DNA from: a virus
Lineage: Duplodnaviria > Caudoviricetes
Reading direction: 5' to 3' (one strand)
IMG/VR virus record: IMGVR_UViG_3300048836_001050
Location: 1-53,905 of that record
Length of the DNA stretch: 53,905 nt
Part shown: piece after piece, positions 38,479 through 47,465 of the stretch
Numbering within the stretch: position 1 is the first letter of the stretch
How the letters are laid out: each line of letters begins with the position of its first letter
Notes under the pieces: generated by a model
What the model was told of the DNA's origin: nothing
Database searches by the model: none
The model's input: the letters and a program-made list of their open reading frames with translations, nothing else
Position numbers and translations under genes: made by a program

Positions 38479-39412
38479 GGGAATTTCCTCCGTTGTGATT
38501 TTTGTGATTGTCTTCGGGCGGCGCGGCCATCACGCGCGCCCAGTGCCCTGCGATCTGCGACAGGTAGGGGCTGCGCCGCCCCTCGCTCGCCCAGCGCCGC
38601 CCAAACTCCCCGATAGCCGCAGCGCGCTCTTCGGGTGATGCGTCCGGCAGCGCTTCGCGAACAGTGGCGATGGCCCCGGGCCATTGCTCCCGGTCGCGCT
38701 CGGCGGGACGGGACACGTTGACGCAGCACAAGCCCAGTAACGCTTTGGCATCCACCACGTCGGCAGGCGGAGAAAACGCACTGTTTTGAAAATTTTTGGT
38801 TTGAGAACTTGTGGTTTGAGATTTTTGTTGCAAGCCATCCGGCGGAGGCGGAGTGTTGCCTTGCGCTTCGCGCCCGCGTGCGAGGTTATTACACACACCA
38901 CCGCTTTCTATTGATGGTTCATTATGATGGTTCTTATGATGGTTAACGCGCCCGCGTTCCTTATATGCAGAGGTGTTTTCGGTGCGCGATTTTTCACCCT
39001 TTAGTGCTGGATTTTTCACCCTTTCCGTGTCGGATTTTTCACCCTTTACGCCATCCAAAGGGTGAAAATCCTTCACCCTTTGGCAAGGGTTAAAGGGTGC
39101 AATCATTTCGCCCTTTGGCGCGCGATACGGAGGCTTGCGAACACCGTTGTTGATGTGGATGTGATACTCCGTCCGATGCCCACGTCCGCCGTGTTCGCCC
39201 GCAACCGGTTCGATGATTTCGTCGGCTTCCAGTTGCCGCAGAATCATCTGCACATTGCGCTGCGAATAGCCGGTTTTCCACGCCAGATACGGCACGCCTG
39301 GAAAGCAGCGTGTACCGTCGTCATGGGCGTGATCCGCCAAAGCGAGCAGCACGTTTTGCTGGTTGGGCGGTAGTTTCAATTCCCAAACCTGCCCCATCAG
39401 CTTGGCGCTCAT
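38408..39412 (-). CDS. phage replication initiator with N-terminal winged HTH
   Basis: MSAKLMGQVW...VLLALADHAHDDGTRCFPGVPYLAWKTGYSQRNVQ; internal iterons. Confidence 0.8.
   Translation of the reverse strand: MSAKLMGQVWELKLPPNQQNVLLALADHAHDDGTRCFPGVPYLAWKTGYSQRNVQMILRQLEADEIIEPVAGEHGGRGHRTEYHIHINNGVRKPPYRAPKGEMIAPFNPCQRVKDFHPLDGVKGEKSDTERVKNPALKGEKSRTENTSAYKERGRVNHHKNHHNEPSIESGGVCNNLARGREAQGNTPPPPDGLQQKSQTTSSQTKNFQNSAFSPPADVVDAKALLGLCCVNVSRPAERDREQWPGAIATVREALPDASPEERAAAIGEFGRRWASEGRRSPYLSQIAGHWARVMAAPPEDNHKNHNGGNSLERTRNERILRARAAQQRAYGRK
38905..39116. other. putative replication origin (iterons plus AT-rich repeats)
   Basis: GATTTTTCACCCTTT at 38988, 39010, 39033; inverted/degenerate copies 39057-39116; TGATGGTT x3 at 12-bp period near 38912-38944. 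Confidence 0.75.
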
Positions 39413-39606
39413 GCCGAACCTCCGTTTTGCCAAAAGATTTCCATGTGCCGCTCGTCGCACAGCAGTTGCAGCAACTGACTGCGACTCAGTTGCAGATGAT
39501 GAGCGAGAATCTCGGCATCCTGCGGCCAGCGTCGCCACAGGCCGGTCTCGGCCACTGCTTTGGGAACCTCCGGCACGCTGCGGTTCAATTCCTGCCGCTC
39601 GTTCAC
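39409..39606 (-). CDS. small hypothetical protein
   Basis: 65 aa, 4-nt overlaps on both sides. Confidence 0.55.
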   Translation of the reverse strand: MNERQELNRSVPEVPKAVAETGLWRRWPQDAEILAHHLQLSRSQLLQLLCDERHMEIFWQNGGSA

Positions 39607-39836
39607 AATCCCAGCTTCTCCATACGCGCGGCTTCACGACGCGAGGCAAAATAACATTCCAGATATTCGCGACGGCGCTGCTGTTCGCGTTTTTTAAGGA
39701 CGTGGCGCACCACGCTCCAAAACGCGATCACGACTGCGCCGCCAATGATGATCCACCAGAACAACTGACTCGCCCGCGCGCCGCTTTCAGCCAGAAGGCG
39801 CGCGCGCTCGGCGTTTTCCAAAAGCATCGGATTCAT
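39603..39836 (-). CDS. small single-TM protein
   Basis: LFWWIIIGGAVVIAFWSVV. Confidence 0.6.
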   Translation of the reverse strand: MNPMLLENAERARLLAESGARASQLFWWIIIGGAVVIAFWSVVRHVLKKREQQRRREYLECYFASRREAARMEKLGL

Positions 39837-40198
39837 GGCAATTCCCCTATGGCATCCGCTTTAGCGCCGGCATCCGCTTTAGCGGCACGAATGGCAGCGT
39901 GCAGCATCTCCATCGTTTTGCACGATACGCGATAGTTGTTCGCGCCGTTCATGCCGTCGCTGTTGGCGGCTTCGCATGCTTTCAGTAAGAGATCAAACGA
40001 ATTGCACGCGCGCACGATGAAACGGGCGTTGGCCGCGTCTACCTCCGCGTTGTTCTCGCCACCGGTTTCGGTGTAGGCGACATCATGATTATTTGCACCC
40101 AACACCACACCATACGCCGGCAAATCAATTGTCCACGGCGTAGGCGTGTATGGCACAGTAGTCGTGTGTGGCACATTTTTTATTTCGATTTCGGGCAT
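39833..40198 (-). CDS. conserved phage hypothetical protein
   Basis: YTPTPW...DAANARFIVRACN; GGAG SD. Confidence 0.7.
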   Translation of the reverse strand: MPEIEIKNVPHTTTVPYTPTPWTIDLPAYGVVLGANNHDVAYTETGGENNAEVDAANARFIVRACNSFDLLLKACEAANSDGMNGANNYRVSCKTMEMLHAAIRAAKADAGAKADAIGELP

Positions 40199-40285
40199 GA
40201 ATACTCCTTTGTCAAAATTCAAACTCCAAAACATTCGGTGCGTGGTGTGCGGCGTGAGTACTCCCCGCACACCACGCGCCGCATT

Positions 40286-40813
40286 TCACCGAATCCGAAT
40301 TGATTTACCGCGCTCACCCAGGCGAGCGAATTCCAAGCACTCGCCGTGCTCCAAAGCCGCGCGAATCATCTCCCTGTCCAATTCACGCCTGGTAAACACA
40401 ACCGGCACGTCTTCGGGATCGGTTCCTTCATCAATGACCAACGGCACCTTGCCGCCGTTTTGAGCGAGCGTAAATTTGTGGGCTTCGGTTTCGCGCGTGG
40501 TGAAGCCGCGCGCTTCAAAGAACCAGCACAAACGCTCTTTCATTCCCGCCACCGCGTTTTCGTCGGCTTGCGCCAAAGCCCGATAACGCGCGGCTTCGGC
40601 TTTACGCGCGCTGGCGAGTGCTTCGCGCTCGGCGATCACGGCGGCATAGGCATCGAGTTTTTTATCGATGTCGCCGCCGCTTTCTTCGAGCCACCCGGTA
40701 ATGACCGTCTCCGCCTCCGGCGTCATTTCGCCGCCGCTTTGCGTCAGGTGCTGGTCGATCAGCGCGTCCAGCGCCCGCGCCTCGTCGTTCAGTTGAAAAA
40801 TACTTTTGCTCAT
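40286..40813 (-). CDS. siphovirus Gp157-family protein
   Basis: KKLDAYAAVI...KAEAARY...LAQNGGKVPLVI...IRAALEHG...RGKSIRIR. Confidence 0.85.
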   Translation of the reverse strand: MSKSIFQLNDEARALDALIDQHLTQSGGEMTPEAETVITGWLEESGGDIDKKLDAYAAVIAEREALASARKAEAARYRALAQADENAVAGMKERLCWFFEARGFTTRETEAHKFTLAQNGGKVPLVIDEGTDPEDVPVVFTRRELDREMIRAALEHGECLEFARLGERGKSIRIR

Positions 40814-40869
40814 TTGAATCCTTTTTGAATCCTTTTTTATGGGGTATCTGCTTGCGGGAGCGTTTGCGT

Positions 40870-41874
40870 TTACTCGTCTTCAAAACTCACCATGCGCGTC
40901 GGTTTATCCACCAGCAGGGAGTTGAGTTGGGTTTCGATTTCGCCGAACGCGCCCGACAGGCTCGCGCGCAAGTCCGCCGACCTGCGAAGCGTCTGCGCGT
41001 CCACGCCGTTCAGCAATTCGCGCGCGCTGGCAACCAACGCCGCCAGTTCTGCGTCGCCCGTCACGTTCAGCGAATCGAAATCTTCCAGAAACTCGTCGAT
41101 ATTTTCGATCATCGAATTGCGAAAGGTTTTGGCCTTGCCGTCCGCGCCGGGCGCGAGGCGCTCGGTCATGTGCGCCACCATCTCCAGCGTCCGGGCGCGC
41201 AGCAAGTCCTGCACGACGCTCTGGGCTTCCTGCCACTGCGCGGCCTGCTTTTGCTTTTGCTCTTCAAAGAGCGCCTGGTCGATCGTTGCCAGCGACTCGG
41301 GCACGCCGAACGAAACGTAGTTCCACGAAAGGGAAAACAGGTTTTGCACCTGATCGGCGGGCGGGTAATCGTCTTCGCTGAACAATTCGCGCAGCCTCAT
41401 GCGCGCGGCTTCGATCAGGTTCGGATACACCGCAACGAAGTTCTCCACGAGCGTTTGGCGTTGTGCGGAAAACTCATCGAGCCGGACGTTCACCTTCGAG
41501 ATCGAAGTGAGCGGGAGCAGGAACACGCCTTTGCGCAGCACCGAGGGAAGGCACTTGCGCTTGATGTAACTTTTGATTTCGCTATCAAGCGCTCGGATTG
41601 CCTTGAGTTCGTTACTGTCGAGCAGGGTTTTCGAAACGCGAATCAAATCTTTATCCGTGTCGGCGGCGACGCAATCGTTGTTGACCTTGCGCGCGTTGCC
41701 CATGCGCTTCACGTCAATTTGCAGCAGGATCGCTTTTTCCAGCATGGCCGGCGCGGGTGGGGCCGGAGTCTGCAACGGCGGCAAGCTGCTGTTTGTCCCG
41801 TCGTGATGCTGTCCGTTGAGATGCGCAGTTGGCATCAAAACAGGCGGTTCGAGTATGGCGGTTGTTTCGTTCAT
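40870..41874 (-). CDS. DUF3150-like protein
   Basis: SKTLLDS...GVFLLP...YPNLIEAARMRLRELFSEDDYP...FDSLNVTGDAEL; start at ATG 41874 after AAGGA. Confidence 0.6.
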   Translation of the reverse strand: MNETTAILEPPVLMPTAHLNGQHHDGTNSSLPPLQTPAPPAPAMLEKAILLQIDVKRMGNARKVNNDCVAADTDKDLIRVSKTLLDSNELKAIRALDSEIKSYIKRKCLPSVLRKGVFLLPLTSISKVNVRLDEFSAQRQTLVENFVAVYPNLIEAARMRLRELFSEDDYPPADQVQNLFSLSWNYVSFGVPESLATIDQALFEEQKQKQAAQWQEAQSVVQDLLRARTLEMVAHMTERLAPGADGKAKTFRNSMIENIDEFLEDFDSLNVTGDAELAALVASARELLNGVDAQTLRRSADLRASLSGAFGEIETQLNSLLVDKPTRMVSFEDE

Positions 41875-41912
41875 TCGAGAATCCTTTTTGTCTTGTTTGT
41901 CTTGATTTGGCT

Positions 41913-42194
41913 TTACAGATAGTTGGCGTTCAGCCAGTCCACTTCGGCGGCGAGCGCGGCGGCGCGGCTGGGAAACGGCCCCAGGAGCGGGCCATCCACG
42001 GGCGCGAGGTCGGCGATCCACTGCGTGCCGCTGGGTTCGCAGTGCGATGCGCGAGAGATGCGCGCCTCGCCCTCGTTCAGCAGAGCATTGAACTCATCGT
42101 CATGCAGCAAAGCGATTGCGCCGCTTTCATCAACGCTGATGAGTAGCTCTTTGGCCGGTCGTGGCGCGCTGGTAGTACTCGCTCGTTTTTTCAT
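41913..42194 (-). CDS. conserved small protein of the AAA+/DUF1257 module
   Basis: RASHCEP...WIADLAPVDGPLLGPFPSRAAALAAEVDWL. Confidence 0.65.
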   Translation of the reverse strand: MKKRASTTSAPRPAKELLISVDESGAIALLHDDEFNALLNEGEARISRASHCEPSGTQWIADLAPVDGPLLGPFPSRAAALAAEVDWLNANYL

Positions 42195-42324
42195 CTTTGC
42201 TCACCTCACCCAGTGCGTTTTCGATGTCTTTGGTCAGCGCCTTGCAGCCTGCTCCGGCGCAGCCTTTGACGGCGACTTGCGTTTCGCCTGCTTCATCAAT
42301 CGTGATCTCGATACGCTCGCTCAT
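42130..42324 (-). CDS. DUF2997-family protein
   Basis: IEITIDEAGETQVAVKGCAGAGCKALTKDIENALG...TSEYYQ. Confidence 0.85.
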   Translation of the reverse strand: MSERIEITIDEAGETQVAVKGCAGAGCKALTKDIENALGEVSKDEKTSEYYQRATTGQRATHQR

Positions 42325-42548
42325 CGCAGCTCCTTCATCAGCGTCTTGTCAATTTCGCGGAGTTGTTTTTCAATGGTGTTGGCGAGGCTGCAAGTATGTT
42401 CGGCAGCTGCCTCGCTGAAGCTCTCCCACGTTTCGTTCAGGCGTGCCACCTGAACCGCCAATGCCAGCGTCGCGGCGGCTTGGGCCGGTGCGCCCTTTGC
42501 CTGCAATTCGTCAAAGGTTTTCAAAACCCGTTCGGCGTGTTTGTCCAT
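42321..42548 (-). CDS. small hypothetical protein
   Basis: MDKHAERV..., AGGAG SD, ATGA overlap downstream. Confidence 0.6.
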   Translation of the reverse strand: MDKHAERVLKTFDELQAKGAPAQAAATLALAVQVARLNETWESFSEAAAEHTCSLANTIEKQLREIDKTLMKELR

Positions 42549-42567
42549 GATTTTTCTCCTGAATTTT

Positions 42568-43008
42568 TCAGCGCGTGCAGATGAGCCGGACTTTGCCATC
42601 CTGCCCGACGCTTTGCTGCACGCGATAACCCTGCTTGCGCGCCTGCTTCGCCGCGACCTGCACGGCGTAGGACTGGCGCAGCTTTTTACAATCCTGCCCG
42701 GCCTTTTCTTCCAGCCCGAAGCCGCCGTGCCAGAAATCCCACAGCAGCGCGTAGCCGGGTTTGCCGTCGCGCCGCGCCACCACGCCGATCTCGTAAGCGC
42801 TGGGCTGTCCGGGAATGCGAATCGCGTGCTCGCACTGGCCGAGTTCATGCGCCCCGAAACCGGCGGGCAGCGGATAATCGCCGACGCTGCGGCCATACCA
42901 CTTGTAGGTTTTCTGGCCGCGCACCAATTCCAATCCCAACTGCGCGCACGCTTTTTCGAGCGCGCTTAAATCCTTGATGTGTAAATCCACCTGAGCGATG
43001 TGGCTCAT
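42568..43008 (-). CDS. DUF1257 (Ycf35-like) protein
   Basis: MSHIAQVDLHIKDLSALEKACAQLG...YEIGV...LRQSYA...QGYRV. Confidence 0.82.
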   Translation of the reverse strand: MSHIAQVDLHIKDLSALEKACAQLGLELVRGQKTYKWYGRSVGDYPLPAGFGAHELGQCEHAIRIPGQPSAYEIGVVARRDGKPGYALLWDFWHGGFGLEEKAGQDCKKLRQSYAVQVAAKQARKQGYRVQQSVGQDGKVRLICTR

Positions 43009-43346
43009 TGTGTTTCTCCTTGTGGTTCTGCCTTTTGTCTTGCCAGATAAACCTCGATGCACTTCTGCAACCGCACATTGGACTGCGCGATTTTCGAGGG
43101 CGCAAAGCCTTGCTCGATGAGGCGATCAATTTTTTCGCTACAGCCAGGACAAAACGGGAATCGGGTATAGGCGCTGTCCTCGCACGCTTCACAAATAGCG
43201 CCGACCGCAATGGTTCCCTCGTCATTTGCAGAGCGATGCAACGCCATTTCCAACTCGCGTTTTTCGTCTTCCAGATTGGAGATTTCGCCCTCGATGCGGT
43301 CGATCTCGTATTCGATATCCTCCTTGGTCATGCGCTCGGCAGTCAT
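43005..43346 (-). CDS. coiled-coil plus zinc-ribbon protein
   Basis: CEAC...FCPGC; ATGA-coupled. Confidence 0.65.
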   Translation of the reverse strand: MTAERMTKEDIEYEIDRIEGEISNLEDEKRELEMALHRSANDEGTIAVGAICEACEDSAYTRFPFCPGCSEKIDRLIEQGFAPSKIAQSNVRLQKCIEVYLARQKAEPQGETQ

Positions 43347-44860
43347 CCGGTTTCCTCCTGCAATTGAATGGCGCGCCCACTCGCGGCGAGCGGCGCGGGA
43401 GTACTCTTCTCGAGGCGATAAACGCCTGGCTGCGACGCGGAGATGAACCGCCCGCTGGCTGTGCCGCGCAGTTGCTCGATCTGGTCGGCGGCACTGCGCG
43501 AAACGGGGACAATGTAGGCGGCGGCTTCGGCCAGCGTGCAGCGCAGCCGGTAGGCGATCTCGCAGCATTGCTTGATTTCCGCGCCCGTCCAGCCGTCGTC
43601 GTGGATTTGCTCGCCGAAAGCGTTTTCCGGCAAATCGTATTTGCGCGTGTATAGCCCCCAGATAAGATCACGCTCAGCGGCGGTCGGCAAATCAAAAAAG
43701 AAGGTGCCGAACGTAAAGCGCCTGCGAAGCTCCGGTGGCAAAACCGCGATCCGGTTGCACGTCGCGATGAAGAGTACTTTGTCCTGCGCCATCGCTTTGA
43801 CAACCTTCAAAGCCGTGCGCAGCCGCTGCTCGCTTTCGCCGACGAGCGAGCCTTTCATCGCGCCCAAATCAAGCGCGATCGTCGGCACGCCCGCTTCATT
43901 GCCCGTCGCTTTGGCGATCTGGCTTTTGGCGGTTCCGGGCGGGCCGATGCAGATAATCCCCGCCGCGCTGTTGTCCTGCATCCATGACAGCAATGTTCCC
44001 AGTTGGTCTTGCGAAACGCCGGAGGTGTCGTGCCCTGCCCCACCGCCCGCGCCCGCGAGCGCCTTTTCGATTTCGTCAATGAAGACAATCGCGCGCGGCG
44101 GCGCGGCTCCGGCAATCACGCGCGAAAGAAAAGCCTTGATGTTTTCCACGCCGCCGATGTCGGCAAAGGTTTCGCCGCCGCGCCAGACATTCAGCCCCGG
44201 CGTTTGCTCGATGGTCTGGCGCTTGAGTTCCCACAGGCCGGACAAATCCAACCCGTCCGAGGTGAGGTTCATCATCGTGACCTGCTCGGCGGGAAACGCC
44301 GCCAGCCCCGCGAGAGCGTCCGTCGCCTGCCCCAGAGTACTCCCATCCGGCTCGGCCAGTTCGGCGGCGGCATAAGCATCTTTGACGATCTGCTCCAATT
44401 CGGCATGGATGGGCAGCGGCTCATCCAGCAGCAGCACGTCGTTGGCCAGCTCGGGCGGAAGTTGAACGTCCGGGCAAAGCAAAACGAGCGTTCTCATGTT
44501 CTGCTTGAACGCGTCGCGCAGATTCCACACGGCCTGCACCACGATCGCGCTTTCCAAAGCGCGCTGCGCGTTGTGCAGGAAAAGCAACGACTTCGTGGGC
44601 AATCGCTCGGCGGCGATCAGCGAGGAAACCGGATCGGTGGCGTCCATCATCTCATCGCCCAGCGTAGCGAGCGCGGTCTGGCCGGATTCGTTAAGACCAG
44701 CCAGACCGCGCACCGCGTCCCACTGCAACAGCGGCGGTGCGGATCCGTTGAGGGCGGCGGCAATGCTTTTGATCGTCGCGGCCGAGTCCGGCGTGCGAAC
44801 GGCAACGAGCGGAGTACTCACCCGGCGCGCAGCGCGGAACTGTTTGAGAAAATCGCTCAT
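43343..44860 (-). CDS. Ycf46-like AAA+ ATPase
   Basis: GPPGTAKS, GSLVGESE, FIATCN, LPPELRRRF, GWTGAEI; the FIDEIEK segment lies before the Walker A motif. Confidence 0.88.
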   Translation of the reverse strand: MSDFLKQFRAARRVSTPLVAVRTPDSAATIKSIAAALNGSAPPLLQWDAVRGLAGLNESGQTALATLGDEMMDATDPVSSLIAAERLPTKSLLFLHNAQRALESAIVVQAVWNLRDAFKQNMRTLVLLCPDVQLPPELANDVLLLDEPLPIHAELEQIVKDAYAAAELAEPDGSTLGQATDALAGLAAFPAEQVTMMNLTSDGLDLSGLWELKRQTIEQTPGLNVWRGGETFADIGGVENIKAFLSRVIAGAAPPRAIVFIDEIEKALAGAGGGAGHDTSGVSQDQLGTLLSWMQDNSAAGIICIGPPGTAKSQIAKATGNEAGVPTIALDLGAMKGSLVGESEQRLRTALKVVKAMAQDKVLFIATCNRIAVLPPELRRRFTFGTFFFDLPTAAERDLIWGLYTRKYDLPENAFGEQIHDDGWTGAEIKQCCEIAYRLRCTLAEAAAYIVPVSRSAADQIEQLRGTASGRFISASQPGVYRLEKSTPAPLAASGRAIQLQEETG

Positions 44861-45264
44861 GCAGCCTCACCGCCTTCGGCTTCGGCCAGACCTTCGATAA
44901 AATCGCCCTGCGCCAGAATCTTCCCCAGTCCCGACAGCGTATAAACCGTATGCCACTCGCCGTTACAGCGCACGCTCAAATGCTTGTCGCCGTCGCGCAC
45001 GCGCAGCAGCAAGCCGTCCATCTCGAAAACGAACGCCGGACACCCCAACGGGTCGGACGTGCGCTCGAATGGTATACGCTCGAACTCGGTTTTGTTTGAG
45101 TCGGCGAGATGCAAAACATTGGCAGCCACGCGCCGCGCCCGCACGCTCGCCGCTTCCATTTCCTGTTCTTCGCGCTCGCGTTTTTCGCGCGCCATGCGCG
45201 CTTCTTCTTCGACGTGCGCGGCGACGGCGCGCTGAATGAGACTGAATTTATTGAGGTTCTTCAT
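44857..45264 (-). CDS. hypothetical protein
   Basis: ATGA overlaps at both ends. Confidence 0.6.
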   Translation of the reverse strand: MKNLNKFSLIQRAVAAHVEEEARMAREKREREEQEMEAASVRARRVAANVLHLADSNKTEFERIPFERTSDPLGCPAFVFEMDGLLLRVRDGDKHLSVRCNGEWHTVYTLSGLGKILAQGDFIEGLAEAEGGEAA

Positions 45265-45734
45265 AGTCCCCGCGCCTCCATTGCGCACAAATCGCGCTCA
45301 CGCATCAGGCGCGTAAACAAAGCCCCGGCGACAGCCTCGATGCGCTCGTCCAGCAGCATCTCGGCGCGCTCTTCAAAGGTAAAGCCCGTTGGCTCCGGTG
45401 TTGATTCCGGCTCCGCTTCCGGCTCCAACCATAACGCGACCTTTTCGGGCGAGCCGTAGTCTTCGGTGGGGGCGGCGACATGGAGCAAGCGCACGATTTC
45501 GGGCAGCGCATTCCAGATTTCAGAAGCTAATAAATGACACGCCACTTCTTCCAGATCGTTTTCCAGCACGGCGCGCAACAAACTCCCCGGCGATTGGCAT
45601 TCGTTAAAATACTTCGTCAGGGAAATTCGCACCCAGTGAGGCACGGTTTCGTTGAACTCGTCCGGCACCTGAAATGTATTCAGTTGAAATGTCGCTGGTT
45701 GAACTGTGTTTGATTTTTCGGTTACAATACTCAT
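45261..45734 (-). CDS. conserved phage hypothetical protein
   Basis: PGSLLRAVLENDL...YGSPEKVALWL. Confidence 0.7.
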   Translation of the reverse strand: MSIVTEKSNTVQPATFQLNTFQVPDEFNETVPHWVRISLTKYFNECQSPGSLLRAVLENDLEEVACHLLASEIWNALPEIVRLLHVAAPTEDYGSPEKVALWLEPEAEPESTPEPTGFTFEERAEMLLDERIEAVAGALFTRLMRERDLCAMEARGL

Positions 45735-45777
45735 CAGAATCCTTTTTGTCGTATCCAGCCGCAAGGCTGGCCTTTCG

Positions 45778-45819
45778 GCGGCTGACGAGAATTGCGCTCT
45801 CGTCAGCCGCTTTGTTTTT
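45778..45819 (+). terminator. 13-bp hairpin with U-tract on the plus strand
   Basis: GCGGCTGACGAGA, 7 nt, TCTCGTCAGCCGC, then TTTGTTTTT. Confidence 0.6.
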
Positions 45820-45831
45820 AGTCGTTGTTTT

Positions 45832-46056
45832 TTAGTCTTCGTCCTCGTCGTCCGTTTCACTCGTGCTGCGTTGGCTTTGCACGATGGTCAGTTGAAACTC
45901 GCTGCCGTCAACCAGGGAAATCACGAGGCCGCGATTGCGCGTGAGAATGCCGGCGTTCTCAAACGTGTCCACGCTTCTGACATTGAGTTCAGCTCCGTCT
46001 GAATCCGCATATTCCACCAGATCGCGCAGCAAACTCTCGAACCGTTTTTCTTTCAT
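45832..46056 (-). CDS. small conserved hypothetical protein
   Basis: TFENAGILTRNRGLVISLVDGSEFQLTIVQS. Confidence 0.75.
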   Translation of the reverse strand: MKEKRFESLLRDLVEYADSDGAELNVRSVDTFENAGILTRNRGLVISLVDGSEFQLTIVQSQRSTSETDDEDED

Positions 46057-46400
46057 TAGATTTCACTCCTTCCGGTAGCCGAGGGCAGCCGGCGCGCCTC
46101 GGCCAATTCAACCGCTTTTTGCAAAACGGCGATAAAAGTTTTGGTTTCCTCAATGCTGCCGTTCCATGAAGCGGCACTGATCTCAACCGGTTCAATTTGG
46201 GCATCAATCACATCACGACGCTGAATCACATCCACCGTGTCGCTCCAGCGGTCGCCGGAACTCCTGAATAGCTTGAAATTGACCGGGATATACGCGCTCG
46301 TGCGCTGCTCCCAAATCTCGCCCGCCTGATGATTGCTCAAGTCGGGTTCAGCGGGTGCGGTTTCGTCAGGCGTGGTTTCCTGCATGATTGTGTCCTGCAT
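46056..46400 (-). CDS. hypothetical protein
   Basis: GAGGAG SD; TAATG overlap with the next gene. Confidence 0.65.
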   Translation of the reverse strand: MQDTIMQETTPDETAPAEPDLSNHQAGEIWEQRTSAYIPVNFKLFRSSGDRWSDTVDVIQRRDVIDAQIEPVEISAASWNGSIEETKTFIAVLQKAVELAEARRLPSATGRSEI

Positions 46401-46600
46401 GATTCTCGTCTCCTCAAATTAGTAGTTGCATTCACCATCATGTCAATGCATGGCTGTCATGTTAAGCAGCTTTAACCACTGGTTCAAGGGAAGTTTCAAA
46501 AGATTTCTCAAGAATGTTTTCAAGAATTTCACAGAAATTACTGGAAAATTTGAGCGGCGGCTGGCACTGCTTGAATTGGCAGTGTCGGCTCCAGCCGCCG

Positions 46601-46858
46601 CTAAAAGGCGCGCTCCGCTTGCACCTTTTCTGCTTCCCGCAATTTCGACCAATACGCCGGCGGGAAAAAATACAGCGCCGGATCGCACTTCAAATGCGCC
46701 CCCATGCGGCGGCACAAATTGTCGCTGCCTCCACCGTGAATTTCGGCGCTGCGAATGGTGCGCGGATGGCAATTGACGCGGCGCGCCAAACGTTTCAAAC
46801 CGCTCGCGCCGCCATACCCCGCCGCCTCGCGCGCTTGCTGCGCGGGAGTACTCCTCAT
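46601..46858 (-). CDS. HTH-like small protein
   Basis: QAREAAGY...LKRLARRVNCHPRTIRSAE. Confidence 0.6.
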   Translation of the reverse strand: MRSTPAQQAREAAGYGGASGLKRLARRVNCHPRTIRSAEIHGGGSDNLCRRMGAHLKCDPALYFFPPAYWSKLREAEKVQAERAF

Positions 46859-46864
46859 GTTCTT

Positions 46865-47158
46865 TCACGCTCCTTCGACTTCGCCGATCACAACGCCCGC
46901 TTCGTTTTCGATCACGATTTTGTAGCGGCGCGCCTCATGAATTTTGCGGCGCGCGTCTTTGGCTTTTTGCGTAAACACGTCGGCGGCGTGCTGCGCGTCC
47001 GAACTGTTCATGCCGCGCGCCGTCAGCACCAGATAAATAATCCCGCCGATCTCGCCCTCAGGCGCATCGCCCGCCAGCTTGTGGCTTTCCGCTTCCACGC
47101 GGCTTAAACGTACTTCGATCATAATCTCACTCTCCGTGATAAAATTGTCTTTGCTCAC
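46865..47158 (-). CDS. hypothetical protein
   Basis: GGAG SD, GTG start. Confidence 0.6.
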   Translation of the reverse strand: MSKDNFITESEIMIEVRLSRVEAESHKLAGDAPEGEIGGIIYLVLTARGMNSSDAQHAADVFTQKAKDARRKIHEARRYKIVIENEAGVVIGEVEGA

Positions 47159-47206
47159 TCTCCGTGAGCCGCCCGTAGCGACTGGTCCTCGCTGCGGGCA
47201 ATTTTC

Positions 47207-47416
47207 TTATGCGGGCACCGCCAAAAACTCGTCGCGCCGCGCTTTGTATTCCAGCACGTCGCTTTCCAGCAACAGCACACGCACGCTCTTACCAAAGCAG
47301 ATTCGTTCGGCCTTCAACTCTCCTTCCTTGATGAGCTGCTGCACCCGTGCGCTGCTCACACCAATCAATACTGCGGCTTGCATAACGCCGATTTTCTTTT
47401 GTTTTGCTGGCTGCAT
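47207..47416 (-). CDS. excisionase-type (HTH_17-like) DNA-binding protein in the Cro position
   Basis: GVMQAAVLIGVSSARVQQLIKEGELKA; GAGGGG SD. Confidence 0.8.
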   Translation of the reverse strand: MQPAKQKKIGVMQAAVLIGVSSARVQQLIKEGELKAERICFGKSVRVLLLESDVLEYKARRDEFLAVPA

Positions 47417-47465
47417 TTCCCCTCCTCTTACGTAAATAACGCCTCTTAGGTGTGCGTATGTGACT

